From assembly GCA_027018975.1 (NCBI GenBank), contig JALUXN010000275.1, forward strand, positions 1-35,608: a stretch of DNA of 35,608 nucleotides. Reading direction: 5' to 3'. The notes under the pieces were generated by a model, which had not been told where the DNA came from, did not search any database, and worked only from the letters and a program-made list of their open reading frames with translations. The stretch's first letter is position 1, and the number at the start of each line of letters is the position of its first letter. The position numbers were made by a program, and so were the translations under genes. Source of the DNA: Mariprofundaceae bacterium (lineage in GTDB: Bacteria > Pseudomonadota > Zetaproteobacteria > Mariprofundales > Mariprofundaceae). Of this stretch, positions 25,432 through 35,608 are shown one piece after another.

Positions 25432-25530
25432 AGAAAAGGCAAGCATCAAATTAAATTTTTTTAACACCATCTTCATACAGTATATATATTCCTTGTAAAT
25501 TCAATAGATTAGAACAGCTCAATAGCCCCA

Positions 25531-25914
25531 CTACTTGGGCGCAATCAGCATTGCACCACTGATCAACACAAACAGACGAGCAACCACGATCCCTTTCCCC
25601 TGCAGTAGATGTGATGCTCTGACCAGCTGATTACCCTTGACCAGTGCCAAACCAGCCTGAATCTGAAGCACGTAGAGTGCATAGAGGGATAATACAAGGA
25701 ACATATGTGCCCAGATCGCAAAGGAGAGCAGCTCACCATCGTCAATTAAACGCTTCACCCAATCATGGGTCATATAGAGCCAGAACGGAAAACAGAGATC
25801 AAACAGCATCACCGATACCATCATCGCAATATGAACACGGGGTTTGGAGTGAAGCTTCAGCCCCACCAATAAAACAACAAAACTCAACAGCACAAGGATA
25901 ACAGATAGAGGCAT
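25531..25914 (-). CDS. Four-TM His-containing membrane protein (DUF420-like)
   Basis: Four hydrophobic helices with His at RVHIAMM, WAHMFL and ASHLLQG. Confidence 0.6.
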   Translation of the reverse strand: MPLSVILVLLSFVVLLVGLKLHSKPRVHIAMMVSVMLFDLCFPFWLYMTHDWVKRLIDDGELLSFAIWAHMFLVLSLYALYVLQIQAGLALVKGNQLVRASHLLQGKGIVVARLFVLISGAMLIAPK

Positions 25915-25940
25915 GGCCGAACTATATCGCAGAAAAAAAT

Positions 25941-25968
25941 AAAAGCCTGCAGTTCATGCAGGCTTTCT
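25941..25968 (-). terminator. Intrinsic terminator downstream of tRNA-Asn
   Basis: AAAAGCCTGCA-GTTCA-TGCAGGCTTT hairpin adjoining an A-tract. Confidence 0.75.
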
Positions 25969-25995
25969 TATATCGCGCGCGTTGGTCTCGATAGA

Positions 25996-26071
25996 TGGCT
26001 CCCCGAGCAGGACTCGAACCTGCGACATATGGATTAACAGTCCACCGTTCTACCGACTGAACTATCGGGGA
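25996..26071 (-). tRNA. tRNA-Asn (GTT)
   Basis: Minus strand TCCCCGATAGTTCAGTCGGTAGAACGGTGGACTGTTAATCCATATGTCGCAGGTTCGAGTCCTGCTCGGGGAGCCA; 76 nt, cloverleaf, encoded CCA. Confidence 0.98.
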
Positions 26072-26085
26072 TCAAAAGTGCGCGA

Positions 26086-26114
26086 ACGTTACGAAGACGC
26101 CACATGCCTGTCAA
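26086..26114 (-). promoter_or_regulatory. Sigma70 promoter of tRNA-Asn
   Basis: Minus strand TTGACA, 17 bp, TAACGT, followed by a GC-rich discriminator (TCGCGCAC). Confidence 0.7.
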
Positions 26115-26154
26115 TCAAGGAAATGACCAGATTGACTAAGCGAGTGGAACGCAG

Positions 26155-26567
26155 TTAATGACCTTTCTTTTTCTTCTTCAACCACATCAGACGAGATGTG
26201 ACCATGGCCAGCTCCGCTTCCGCCTTGGCATAATCGGCATCACCTTTCTTGCTATCCAGCAACTCTTTCGCCTGACGCTCAGCCTCGATGGCTGCGGCTT
26301 CATCGATGTCGGAAGCGCGCTCAGCAGAATCGGAGAGGATGGTCACCACATCGGGTTGCACCTCCATGAAGCCGCCGGAGACGAAGACTTCATCGACAGT
26401 GTCGCCATTGGTGATGCGCAGCTCGCCTGCAGCAAGCGAGCTAATCAGCGGGCTATGCTTGGGCATAATACCCAGCTCACCTGCTTTGCCCGGTGCCACC
26501 AAGAAGTCAGCCTCGCCGCGATAGACTTCGCGCTCAACCGTTGCGACCAAAACCTGCATGGTAGCCA

Positions 26568-26568
<1 letters not shown>
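26155..26568 (-). CDS. atpC: ATP synthase F1 epsilon subunit
   Basis: PGKAGELGIMPKHSPL, FVSGGFMEVQP, AERASDIDE. Confidence 0.96.
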
Positions 26569-27980
<1,412 letters not shown>

Positions 27981-27996
27981 CTAAACTGTTTTATTT

Positions 27997-28851
27997 TTAA
28001 CCAGCCGCAGCTGCGCCGGCGCAGATCTCTGCCAGCTCCTGTGTAATCGCGGCTTGTCTCGCCTTGTTGTAGGTAATACTGAGATCTTTCACGATCTCCT
28101 TGGCATTATCGGTTGCGGCCTTCATGGCTACCATTCGCGCAGACTGCTCACAGGCTTTGTTCTCCAGCACTGCGTGGTAAACCAGCGACTCCACATAGCG
28201 ACGCAACACGCCCTCAAGCACCTCTTTGGCCTCCGGCTCGTAGAGGTAATCCCAATAACCGGTGTCGGTTTTCTCCGGCAGCGGGCACGGCATCAAGCGC
28301 ATCGTCTGCGGTGTCTGTGTCATCGTATTAACGAACTTGGAGTAGACCAGATGCACCTCATCCAGATCACCCTTCACATACTGATCAATAGCCAGAGAAA
28401 TCAGACCGATCACATCATTCAGCTCCGGAGAGTCCGGGATATTTTCAGCCACGCCGTTGATAGGCGCACCGATACGGCGCAAGAACATGCCGGCACGGCG
28501 ACCGATGGTGAACACCTCCACCTCGGCTTCCTGCGACTTCATCAATCCCAGTGCCGCCTTCAGCGCATTGGTGTTCAGACCGCCACATAGCCCTTTATCG
28601 GTCGTGATGACAATCACGCCCACCTTCTTAATCTCTTCGCGCTGTACGAGGAAGGGGTGTTTGTACTCCGGATGGGCGTTCATGAGATGACCCACCACGC
28701 GCAAAATACCCTCAGCGTAGGCGCGCGCAGCCAGCACTCGATCCTGCGCCTTACGCATTTTCGAAGCGGCCACCATCTCCATCGCTTTGGTGATTTTGCC
28801 GGTATTCTGAATGGCCTTAATCTGGCCGCGAATTTCCTTGGCTGAAGCCAT
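27997..28851 (-). CDS. atpG: ATP synthase F1 gamma subunit
   Basis: KITKAMEMVAASK, DKGLCGGLN, RMVAM, YNKARQAAITQELAEI. Confidence 0.99.
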   Translation of the reverse strand: MASAKEIRGQIKAIQNTGKITKAMEMVAASKMRKAQDRVLAARAYAEGILRVVGHLMNAHPEYKHPFLVQREEIKKVGVIVITTDKGLCGGLNTNALKAALGLMKSQEAEVEVFTIGRRAGMFLRRIGAPINGVAENIPDSPELNDVIGLISLAIDQYVKGDLDEVHLVYSKFVNTMTQTPQTMRLMPCPLPEKTDTGYWDYLYEPEAKEVLEGVLRRYVESLVYHAVLENKACEQSARMVAMKAATDNAKEIVKDLSITYNKARQAAITQELAEICAGAAAAG

Positions 28852-28867
28852 CTCTAATCCCTTCTAC

Positions 28868-30409
28868 TCAGTAGGTGCCGGTAGCTTTGAAGTCTGCAGC
28901 AGCTTTCTGCAAACCTGCTTCTACCTGCTCGTTCAGTGCCGGTGTGGCGTTCAACCCCTCCATCAGAGCAGCATGCTCGGAGTTGAGGTAAGCCAGATAG
29001 GCCTTCTCAAAAGCCACGATACGGTTGGCCTCGATATCATCGAGATCGCCGTTGTTGAGTGCATAGAGCACAGCAGTCATCTCAGCGACAGAGAGCGGAT
29101 TGTTCTCGCCCTGCTTGAGCACTTCCATACCACGTTTACCGCGCTCGATCTGCTGACGGGTCGCCGCATCGAGATCGGAGGCAAACTGCGCAAAAGCAGC
29201 CAGCTCACGATACTGCGCCAGATCCAGACGCAGGCCGCCGCCCACCTTCTTCATCGCCTTGGTCTGCGCAGCGCCACCCACACGGGAGACAGAGAGACCG
29301 GCGTTGATGGCCGGACGCTGACCGGAGTTAAACAGGCTGGTTTCGAGGAAAATCTGACCATCGGTAATGGAGATCACGTTGGTCGGTACGAATGCGGAAA
29401 CGTCGCCTTCCTGTGTTTCGATGATCGGCAGCGCGGTCAATGAACCGGTCTTACCCTTCACTTCACCGTTGGTGAACTTCTCGACATAGGACTCATCCAC
29501 ACGTGAGGCGCGCTCCAGCAGACGGGAGTGGAGATAGAAAACATCACCCGGATAGGCTTCACGTCCCGGAGGACGGCGCAGAATCAGGGAAACTTGACGA
29601 TACGCCCATGCCTGCTTGGTCAAATCATCATACACAATCAGTGCATCTTCACCACGATCGCGGAAATACTCGCCCATGGTGCAGCCGGAATACGGTGCAA
29701 TGTACTGCAACGCGGCAGACTCAGATGCCGATGCGGAGACGATAATGGTGTTATCCAGTGCACCATGCTCTTTCAGTGTGCGCACCACGTTGGCCACTGT
29801 CGAGGCTTTTTGACCCACAGCCACATAGACACAGGTGACACCGGTATCTTTCTGGTTGATGATCGTATCAATGGCAATTGCTGTCTTACCGGTCTGACGG
29901 TCACCGATGATCAGCTCACGCTGGCCACGTCCAACAGGCACCATGGAGTCGATCGACTTGATACCGGTCTGCAGCGGCTGATCCACTGATTTACGCTCAA
30001 TCACGCCGGGCGCGATCTTCTCAACCGCATCGGTCGTGGTGGCGTTGATCGGACCTTTACCGTCGATCGGCTGACCGAGGGCGTTGACCACGCGGCCTTT
30101 CAGCTCAGGACCAACCGGCACTTCAAAGATCTTGCCTGTGCATTTGACCTCGTCACCCTCGGAGAGCTCGGTGAATTCACCGAAGATCACAGCACCAACG
30201 CTGTCCTCCTCCAAGTTGAGCACCATGCCCATGGTGCCATTGCTGAACTCCAGCATCTCACCGGACATCGCAGCAGAGAGACCGTGCACCTGGGCAACAC
30301 CGTCACCAACTGAGATGATACGGCCGACATTGCTATCGGCGGCGCTGGCTTCAAATCCCTTGATCTGCTCTTTGATAATTGAACTAATTTCAGCGGTATC
30401 GAGCTTCAT
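28868..30409 (-). CDS. atpA: ATP synthase F1 alpha subunit
   Basis: [42 protein letters not shown]. Confidence 0.99.
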   Translation of the reverse strand: MKLDTAEISSIIKEQIKGFEASAADSNVGRIISVGDGVAQVHGLSAAMSGEMLEFSNGTMGMVLNLEEDSVGAVIFGEFTELSEGDEVKCTGKIFEVPVGPELKGRVVNALGQPIDGKGPINATTTDAVEKIAPGVIERKSVDQPLQTGIKSIDSMVPVGRGQRELIIGDRQTGKTAIAIDTIINQKDTGVTCVYVAVGQKASTVANVVRTLKEHGALDNTIIVSASASESAALQYIAPYSGCTMGEYFRDRGEDALIVYDDLTKQAWAYRQVSLILRRPPGREAYPGDVFYLHSRLLERASRVDESYVEKFTNGEVKGKTGSLTALPIIETQEGDVSAFVPTNVISITDGQIFLETSLFNSGQRPAINAGLSVSRVGGAAQTKAMKKVGGGLRLDLAQYRELAAFAQFASDLDAATRQQIERGKRGMEVLKQGENNPLSVAEMTAVLYALNNGDLDDIEANRIVAFEKAYLAYLNSEHAALMEGLNATPALNEQVEAGLQKAAADFKATGTY

Positions 30410-30439
30410 GTTATATTCCTCTAATACTCAGTCTGTTGC

Positions 30440-30961
30440 TTACGATGCCAGCGCACGGCGCATGCCGTCCAGCCTTGTACGCAACGAATAATCGATTTTT
30501 CTATCACCAATTCGGACAATCAACCCGCCCAGAATCGATTGGTCTTCATGCACCGAGAGTGTGACCTCTTTGCCGGTGGTCGCCGCCAGTGCTTTAGCAA
30601 GTTTGGTTTGGGTCGCATCATTGATCGAAACAGCCACGGTGACATCAGCATCCACACGGCTCTCAGCCTGATGAATCAGTGCCTGCAACTGATCGTTAAT
30701 CTCCGGCAACAGGCATGCCTTACCGCGCTCAGCCAACATGGTGACCAGACGGGACACCTCACCGCCAACCTTGCCGGCGGCTTTGAGAATCACCTGCGCT
30801 TTCACGCTGACAGGATAGGTCGGCGAATCAAGCAGCGCTGCTACTTCGTCATTGGCTGCCACAGCCGCCACATTGGCCACATCGGCCTGAAGATCACTCC
30901 CCTCACCGATCAACTCATAGAGTGCGGATGCGTAGCGGCGTGAAATCTTCGCGGTGCTCAT
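30440..30961 (-). CDS. atpH: ATP synthase F1 delta subunit
   Basis: ISRRYASAL, DQSILGGLIVRIGDRKIDYS; operon position. Confidence 0.96.
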   Translation of the reverse strand: MSTAKISRRYASALYELIGEGSDLQADVANVAAVAANDEVAALLDSPTYPVSVKAQVILKAAGKVGGEVSRLVTMLAERGKACLLPEINDQLQALIHQAESRVDADVTVAVSINDATQTKLAKALAATTGKEVTLSVHEDQSILGGLIVRIGDRKIDYSLRTRLDGMRRALAS

Positions 30962-31440
30962 GCGTTACCAAAGCCGTTGCTGACGATACCATCGATCAGC
31001 TTACTATGGCGGCTGGCATCCAGCTCAGCCTCTACAACACGCTCAGCAGCGAGAATGGCGATATCGGCCACTTCGTCGCGCAGTGCCTGCCGTGCACGCC
31101 CCAGCTCTGCCTGAACCTCTTCACGCGCAGCATCGACAATACCTTCAGCCTCGCTACGGGCGCGGTTGACCGCTTCCTCATTGATCTCATTGGCACGCTT
31201 CTCAGCCGAAGCAACAATCTCAGCGGCCTTACCACGCGCATCTTCCAGTTGCGCGGCAATCTCCGCCTCAGTTGCAGCCTTGGCCTCTAAGCCTGCATCA
31301 GCGGCTGCGAGTCCATCGGCGATCTTCTGTGCACGCGCCTGCATCAGCTCGGACAGCGGGCCGAAGAGGTGCTTCTTCATCAGATAAACAAGGGTCAAAA
31401 ATACTACGATTTGACCGATAAATGTCAGGTCAATACTCAT
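30958..31440 (-). CDS. atpF: ATP synthase Fo subunit b
   Basis: N-terminal TM (TFIGQIVVFL), RAQKIADGLAAA, long Ala/Glu coiled coil. Confidence 0.96.
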   Translation of the reverse strand: MSIDLTFIGQIVVFLTLVYLMKKHLFGPLSELMQARAQKIADGLAAADAGLEAKAATEAEIAAQLEDARGKAAEIVASAEKRANEINEEAVNRARSEAEGIVDAAREEVQAELGRARQALRDEVADIAILAAERVVEAELDASRHSKLIDGIVSNGFGNA

Positions 31441-31484
31441 ACGACCTCCTCAACAGTTCTTTATTCTTCTCAACCAATCTCGAT

Positions 31485-31739
31485 TTAGCCCAGGAACGGG
31501 TTAGCGAACAAGAACCACAGAGCGAAAGCCATGATGATGAACGGGAAAGACTCCATCAAACCTGCGAAAATGAACATGTTGAACATCAGCTGCGGGCGCA
31601 TCTCAGGCTGGCGTGAAATACCTTCCAATGTTTTCGAGCAGATCAGACCCCATCCGATTGCGGAACCGAGGCCAGCGGCGGCCAGAATTACACCAACAGA
31701 GATTGCCGATGCGGCTGTGATAATAGTTGTAGCGTCCAT
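31485..31739 (-). CDS. atpE: ATP synthase Fo subunit c
   Basis: AGLGSAIG, RQPE loop, carboxylate in GLMESFP. Confidence 0.97.
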   Translation of the reverse strand: MDATTIITAASAISVGVILAAAGLGSAIGWGLICSKTLEGISRQPEMRPQLMFNMFIFAGLMESFPFIIMAFALWFLFANPFLG

Positions 31740-31767
31740 ATTTATAGTCTCCTTTTTTTATAAATAA

Positions 31768-32589
31768 TCAGTGTTCAACTGGCTGATGGGCAATTGAGAG
31801 GTACACAACAGTCAGAATCATGAAAATAAATGCCTGCAACAGACCGATGAACAGATGGAACATCGACCAGCCGAGCCCGACAACAAAGCCGGCAGCCATA
31901 CTCACCGGCCCGCCGCTGAGCAGCAGGAAGGCGATCAGCAGAAAAATCACCTCACCGGCGAACATATTACCGAAGAGTCGGAACGACAGGCTGAGTGGCT
32001 TGGCGATCTCTTCGATCACCTTGAGGATCAGGTTAATCGGCATAACGATCGGCTTCAAGAACACCGGCACCAGATTGGTGAACGGCTCCATCAACAGCTC
32101 TTTGCAGAAATGCACAGGTTTCAGTTTGAATTCGTAATAGAGCACCAGCACGAACACGGAGATCGCCATCGCTGCCGGCAGATTCAGGTCGTTGGTCGGC
32201 ACTGGGCGGAAGTGTTCGATACCGAAGAGGTGTGCCACATGACCCAATAGAAACGCCGGCAACACATCGATGGTGTTCACCAGCGCGATAAAGACAAAGA
32301 TGGTAAAAGCGAGAGGCGCGACGAGCGGGTTGTGAACCGGGAAGTTGTCGCGCACAGTATCTTCAACAAAGCCAACCACCGACTCCATGAAGTTTTGTGC
32401 ACCTGACGGCGTGCCCTCAACCAGACGCCCTTTCAGCCAAAGCGCGAAGCCGAACATGCCGGCAGCCACCACAATCGTAACCAGCATCGTATCCAGATGG
32501 ATCTGCATAAATGGATTGGATTCGTCAAATTTTAAGGTCCAATAATGCAGGTGACCTGCAATGCCACCGTCATGACTCTGTTCAGCCAA
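31768..32589 (-). CDS. atpB: ATP synthase Fo subunit a
   Basis: TTG start with AGGAGAGG RBS; PTNDLN, SLSFRLFGNMFAGE, LQAFIFMILTVVY. Confidence 0.97.
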   Translation of the reverse strand: MAEQSHDGGIAGHLHYWTLKFDESNPFMQIHLDTMLVTIVVAAGMFGFALWLKGRLVEGTPSGAQNFMESVVGFVEDTVRDNFPVHNPLVAPLAFTIFVFIALVNTIDVLPAFLLGHVAHLFGIEHFRPVPTNDLNLPAAMAISVFVLVLYYEFKLKPVHFCKELLMEPFTNLVPVFLKPIVMPINLILKVIEEIAKPLSLSFRLFGNMFAGEVIFLLIAFLLLSGGPVSMAAGFVVGLGWSMFHLFIGLLQAFIFMILTVVYLSIAHQPVEH

Positions 32590-32620
32590 AACCCTCTCCT
32601 CTCTGATGATCCACGATCAT

Positions 32621-33031
32621 CTAATTCTTCGCACCCAGCTCCGCCCGGGTTCGCTGTAGTGCCACGACGAACACCACGGCTTGCGCGGCAAACATGCCCG
32701 CCGCCAGCCAGAGCAGATGCAGACCAGCGCGCTGCGCAATCAGCAACGCCGCAATCAGCATGATAAAACGGGCGACCGCGCCGATGTAGAGCAACTTCTG
32801 ACCTGCGCCAACGTCCAGCTCACACGACTTTTCCACCCTAGCGAACAACAGCCATCCATTGACCATCATCAGCGATACGCCGGCAGCAACCGATATTGCC
32901 TGAACCGTTTGACCAACCTTCAGCAGCACCAGCACGCCAACCGATGCCACCAGCAGCTGCAGGAGTGTAATCAAACGCAGTGTCTTATCCTTAAAACGCT
33001 GCGCGCATCGCCCAATCATCCGCTCGATCAC
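32621..33031 (-). CDS. atpI: ATP synthase accessory protein I
   Basis: Four-TM protein directly upstream of atpB; LYIGAVARF motif; the start is uncertain. Confidence 0.75.
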   Translation of the reverse strand: MIERMIGRCAQRFKDKTLRLITLLQLLVASVGVLVLLKVGQTVQAISVAAGVSLMMVNGWLLFARVEKSCELDVGAGQKLLYIGAVARFIMLIAALLIAQRAGLHLLWLAAGMFAAQAVVFVVALQRTRAELGAKN

Positions 33032-33112
33032 TGAACGCCCCGCAAGCCCTGTAACTGAGAATGATGAGATATAAAAACGGAGATCCTCAACCCCTCAATC
33101 AAAGCGTGGCGC

Positions 33113-33141
33113 ATTGTAGCGGCGGTCATTGGTCAATTCAA
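33113..33141 (-). promoter_or_regulatory. Sigma70 promoter of the atp operon
   Basis: Minus strand TTGAAT, 17 bp, TACAAT, followed by a GCGCC discriminator. Confidence 0.6.
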
Positions 33142-33170
33142 CCACAAAATTAACCAGCATACTGTTGCGT

Positions 33171-34628
33171 CTATTTCATCCCTGCCAATGCCTGCTGACA
33201 GAGATCCATCAACGGGTCGGGATAGACCCCCAACGCCACCACGGCCAAGGTGGAAACCACCACCACCGCCTGCATCATACGACTCTCATCAAAGTTGAAC
33301 GCCACGCGCTCCTCATCAAAATAGATATATTTGACCACGCGAATATAGTAAAACGCACCCACCGCAGAGAAGAGCAGCGCATAGAGCACCAGATAGAGAT
33401 GCCCGGCCTCCACCGCCGCCATGAACACCGCATACTTCGCCCAGAATCCTCCGAGGAACGGGATGCCGGCCAGAGAGAAGAGCAACAACCCCATCGCCAT
33501 CGCATAGCCGGGACGCACACGCGACAAACCGGCAAAATCATCCAACAGCTCACCATGAATGCCCTCGCGGCGCATCAAGATGATAATCGCAAACGCACCC
33601 ATGGTCATAAACAGGTAGATACTCAGATAGACCATAATACCGGCATAACCGCTGGGCGTAGCCGCAATCAGGCCGAGCATGACAAAGCCGACATGACCGA
33701 TAGTGGAGTAAGCCAGCATCCGTTTGATATTGCGCTGGGCGATTGCCGCCAAGTTGCCGACCGCCATGGTCAACACGGCCAGCACGGTGAGAATGAGTGT
33801 GTACTCCTGCTGCAGTGCCGGCAATGCATCGGCAAGCAACCGAATAAAGAGCACAAAGCCGGCCACCTTCGGCCCCACCGACATGAACGCCGTGATCGGC
33901 GTCGGCGCACCTTCATACGCATCGGGTGTCCACATATGAAATGGTGCCATGGAGACCTTGAAGCCCATTCCGGCGATAATAAAGACCAACCCAAGCAGGA
34001 CAGCCGCACTCGGCTTACCCTCAGTCGCACTGAGTGCCGACCCAATGGTGGCAAAATCGAAACTGCCACTGACGCCGTAGATGAAGGTGATACCGTAGAG
34101 CAGCATACCGGAGGAGAGCGCGCCGAGAATGAAATACTTCAGCGACGCCTCACTGGAGCGCAGCACCTCGCGCTGATAGCCCACCAGCACATAGATGCAG
34201 AGCGCCATCAGCTCCATGCCGAGATACATGATGATGAAGTTATTGGCCGAAGCCAACAGCATCATCCCCAGCGTCGCAAAGAGCATGAGAATATAATACT
34301 CACCCAAATGCTTCTCCGCTCGCATGTAGTGGATCGACAACATCGCTGTGAACGCCGTACCCAGACAGATCAGCACCTTGGCCAGCACTGCAAACTGATC
34401 GAGCAGGAAGAAGCCATAAAAAGCGGTGGTGCTCATGCGCGGCATCACATTCACACAGAAGAGCGCAGTCACCAGCGAGATGACGATGGCGAGGTAGGCG
34501 GTGATCGCCTTTTTCTCAATAAACAGATCGATCAGCAGCAGCGCCATGGCGGTGACTGCCAGAAAGATCTCCGGCAGCAACAGATTCAGGTGATCCGGGA
34601 AGGGGAATGGGAAGACTACGTTTGCCAT
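33171..34628 (-). CDS. nuoN: NADH-quinone oxidoreductase subunit N
   Basis: LLPEI, GEYY, SEASLKYFILGA, FKVSMAPFHMWTPDAYEGAP, KRMLAYSTIGH, SLAGIPFLGGFWAK. Confidence 0.97.
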   Translation of the reverse strand: MANVVFPFPFPDHLNLLLPEIFLAVTAMALLLIDLFIEKKAITAYLAIVISLVTALFCVNVMPRMSTTAFYGFFLLDQFAVLAKVLICLGTAFTAMLSIHYMRAEKHLGEYYILMLFATLGMMLLASANNFIIMYLGMELMALCIYVLVGYQREVLRSSEASLKYFILGALSSGMLLYGITFIYGVSGSFDFATIGSALSATEGKPSAAVLLGLVFIIAGMGFKVSMAPFHMWTPDAYEGAPTPITAFMSVGPKVAGFVLFIRLLADALPALQQEYTLILTVLAVLTMAVGNLAAIAQRNIKRMLAYSTIGHVGFVMLGLIAATPSGYAGIMVYLSIYLFMTMGAFAIIILMRREGIHGELLDDFAGLSRVRPGYAMAMGLLLFSLAGIPFLGGFWAKYAVFMAAVEAGHLYLVLYALLFSAVGAFYYIRVVKYIYFDEERVAFNFDESRMMQAVVVVSTLAVVALGVYPDPLMDLCQQALAGMK

Positions 34629-34645
34629 TTAAATATCCTTCAGCC

Positions 34646-35608
34646 TCAATGATGAACTGCGTCGAGCGCAGGTGCAGCGTGCAAGAGCGCCTGCGCAGCG
34701 GGCAGTTTCGTGGTCGTCGCCTGATCAACCAGATGGGTCACCGACGCATGCAACACATCCAGCACCGGAATCGGATAGAGCCCCAACCAGGCCACCAGAA
34801 CAATCAGAGGAACAAAATAACCAAATTCGCGCAGCGACATATCCGGCATGCTCTTCACCGTATCTTTGACCAGATCGCCGAAGATCACGCGCTTGTACAT
34901 CCACAACGTATAGCAAGCAGAGAGCACCACGCTCACGGCCGCACCGATCGCCACCCACTTGGTGGAGACCGACATATGCGCCTGCGCCACACTGGCTGCG
35001 TCAAATGTACCGACGAGCACCAGAATCTCCGCCACAAAGGCCGAAGCCCCCGGCAGTGCCACATTGGCCATGCAGAAGAGCATCATCACCGCCGCAAACA
35101 CCGGCATCACATGTGCTACACCGCCGTAATCACCAATCTCGCGGGTGTGCAGGCGATCATACATCACACCCACACAGAGAAAGAGCGCCGCCGCCACAAA
35201 GCCGTGCGAGATCATGCCGAATATCGCCCCCTCCAGCGCCACTTGGGTAAACATAAACGTACCGAGGGTGACAAAGCCCATATGGGCGATTGAGGAGTAG
35301 GCGATCAGCCGCTTCATATCCCGCTGCATCATCGCCACCAGCGAGATGTAGATAATCGCGATCATACTCAGACCCACCACGAACGGCACAAAATACTGCG
35401 AGGCATCGGGCAGCATCGGCAGCGAGAAGCGCAGGAAGCCGTAAGCACCCATCTTCAACAGAATACCGGCCAGAATCACTGATCCCGCCGTCGGCGCTTC
35501 GGTATGCGCATCCGGCAACCAGGTGTGCACCGGCCACATCGGCACCTTCACTGCAAAGGCAATAAAGAAGGCGATCCAGATCCAGAACTGCCAATCGAAA
35601 TCGAACGG
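34646..35608 (-). CDS. nuoM: NADH-quinone oxidoreductase subunit M, 5'-truncated by the window edge
   Basis: Frame open to the window end (PFDFDWQFWIWIAFFIAFAV...); KVPMWPVHTWLPDAHTEAPTAGSVILAG, KRLIAYSSIAHMG, MISHG. Confidence 0.96.
   Translation of the reverse strand, partial: PFDFDWQFWIWIAFFIAFAVKVPMWPVHTWLPDAHTEAPTAGSVILAGILLKMGAYGFLRFSLPMLPDASQYFVPFVVGLSMIAIIYISLVAMMQRDMKRLIAYSSIAHMGFVTLGTFMFTQVALEGAIFGMISHGFVAAALFLCVGVMYDRLHTREIGDYGGVAHVMPVFAAVMMLFCMANVALPGASAFVAEILVLVGTFDAASVAQAHMSVSTKWVAIGAAVSVVLSACYTLWMYKRVIFGDLVKDTVKSMPDMSLREFGYFVPLIVLVAWLGLYPIPVLDVLHASVTHLVDQATTTKLPAAQALLHAAPALDAVHH

Noticed and set aside
33129-34652. 507-aa + strand ORF
   Set aside because: Antisense shadow of nuoN; its His/Arg/Gln-rich composition is typical of the reverse complement of a membrane-protein gene.

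Overview
Core-metabolism chromosomal window of a microaerophilic chemolithotroph. The gene content (split-ActB alternative complex III, a diheme c4 cytochrome, an Acidithiobacillus-like ATP synthase c subunit) suggests a Zetaproteobacterium such as Mariprofundus; this taxonomy is an inference. In order: the 3' part of an alternative complex III operon (actB1-B2-C-D-E-F); an NsrR-like regulator divergent from a truncated-hemoglobin module (single-domain globin, membrane-anchored tandem di-globin, ferredoxin-NAD(P)H reductase); an unannotated 35-aa membrane peptide gene that duplicates the di-globin's anchor; a MotA/ZorA-like plus MotB/ZorB-like pair whose B subunit carries a vWA domain; housekeeping genes (Yip1, purH, CinA/PncC, pgpA, thiL, rsmB); a lipoprotein-DUF4105 pair; an L,D-transpeptidase / DUF484-GGDEF / xerC cluster; a ferredoxin; a palindromic intergenic element; the c4 cytochrome; tRNA-Asn; the complete atpIBEFHAGDC operon; nuoN and partial nuoM. 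The most novel-looking items are the free 35-aa peptide paired with its globin-fused twin, and the vWA-tipped stator-like complex.
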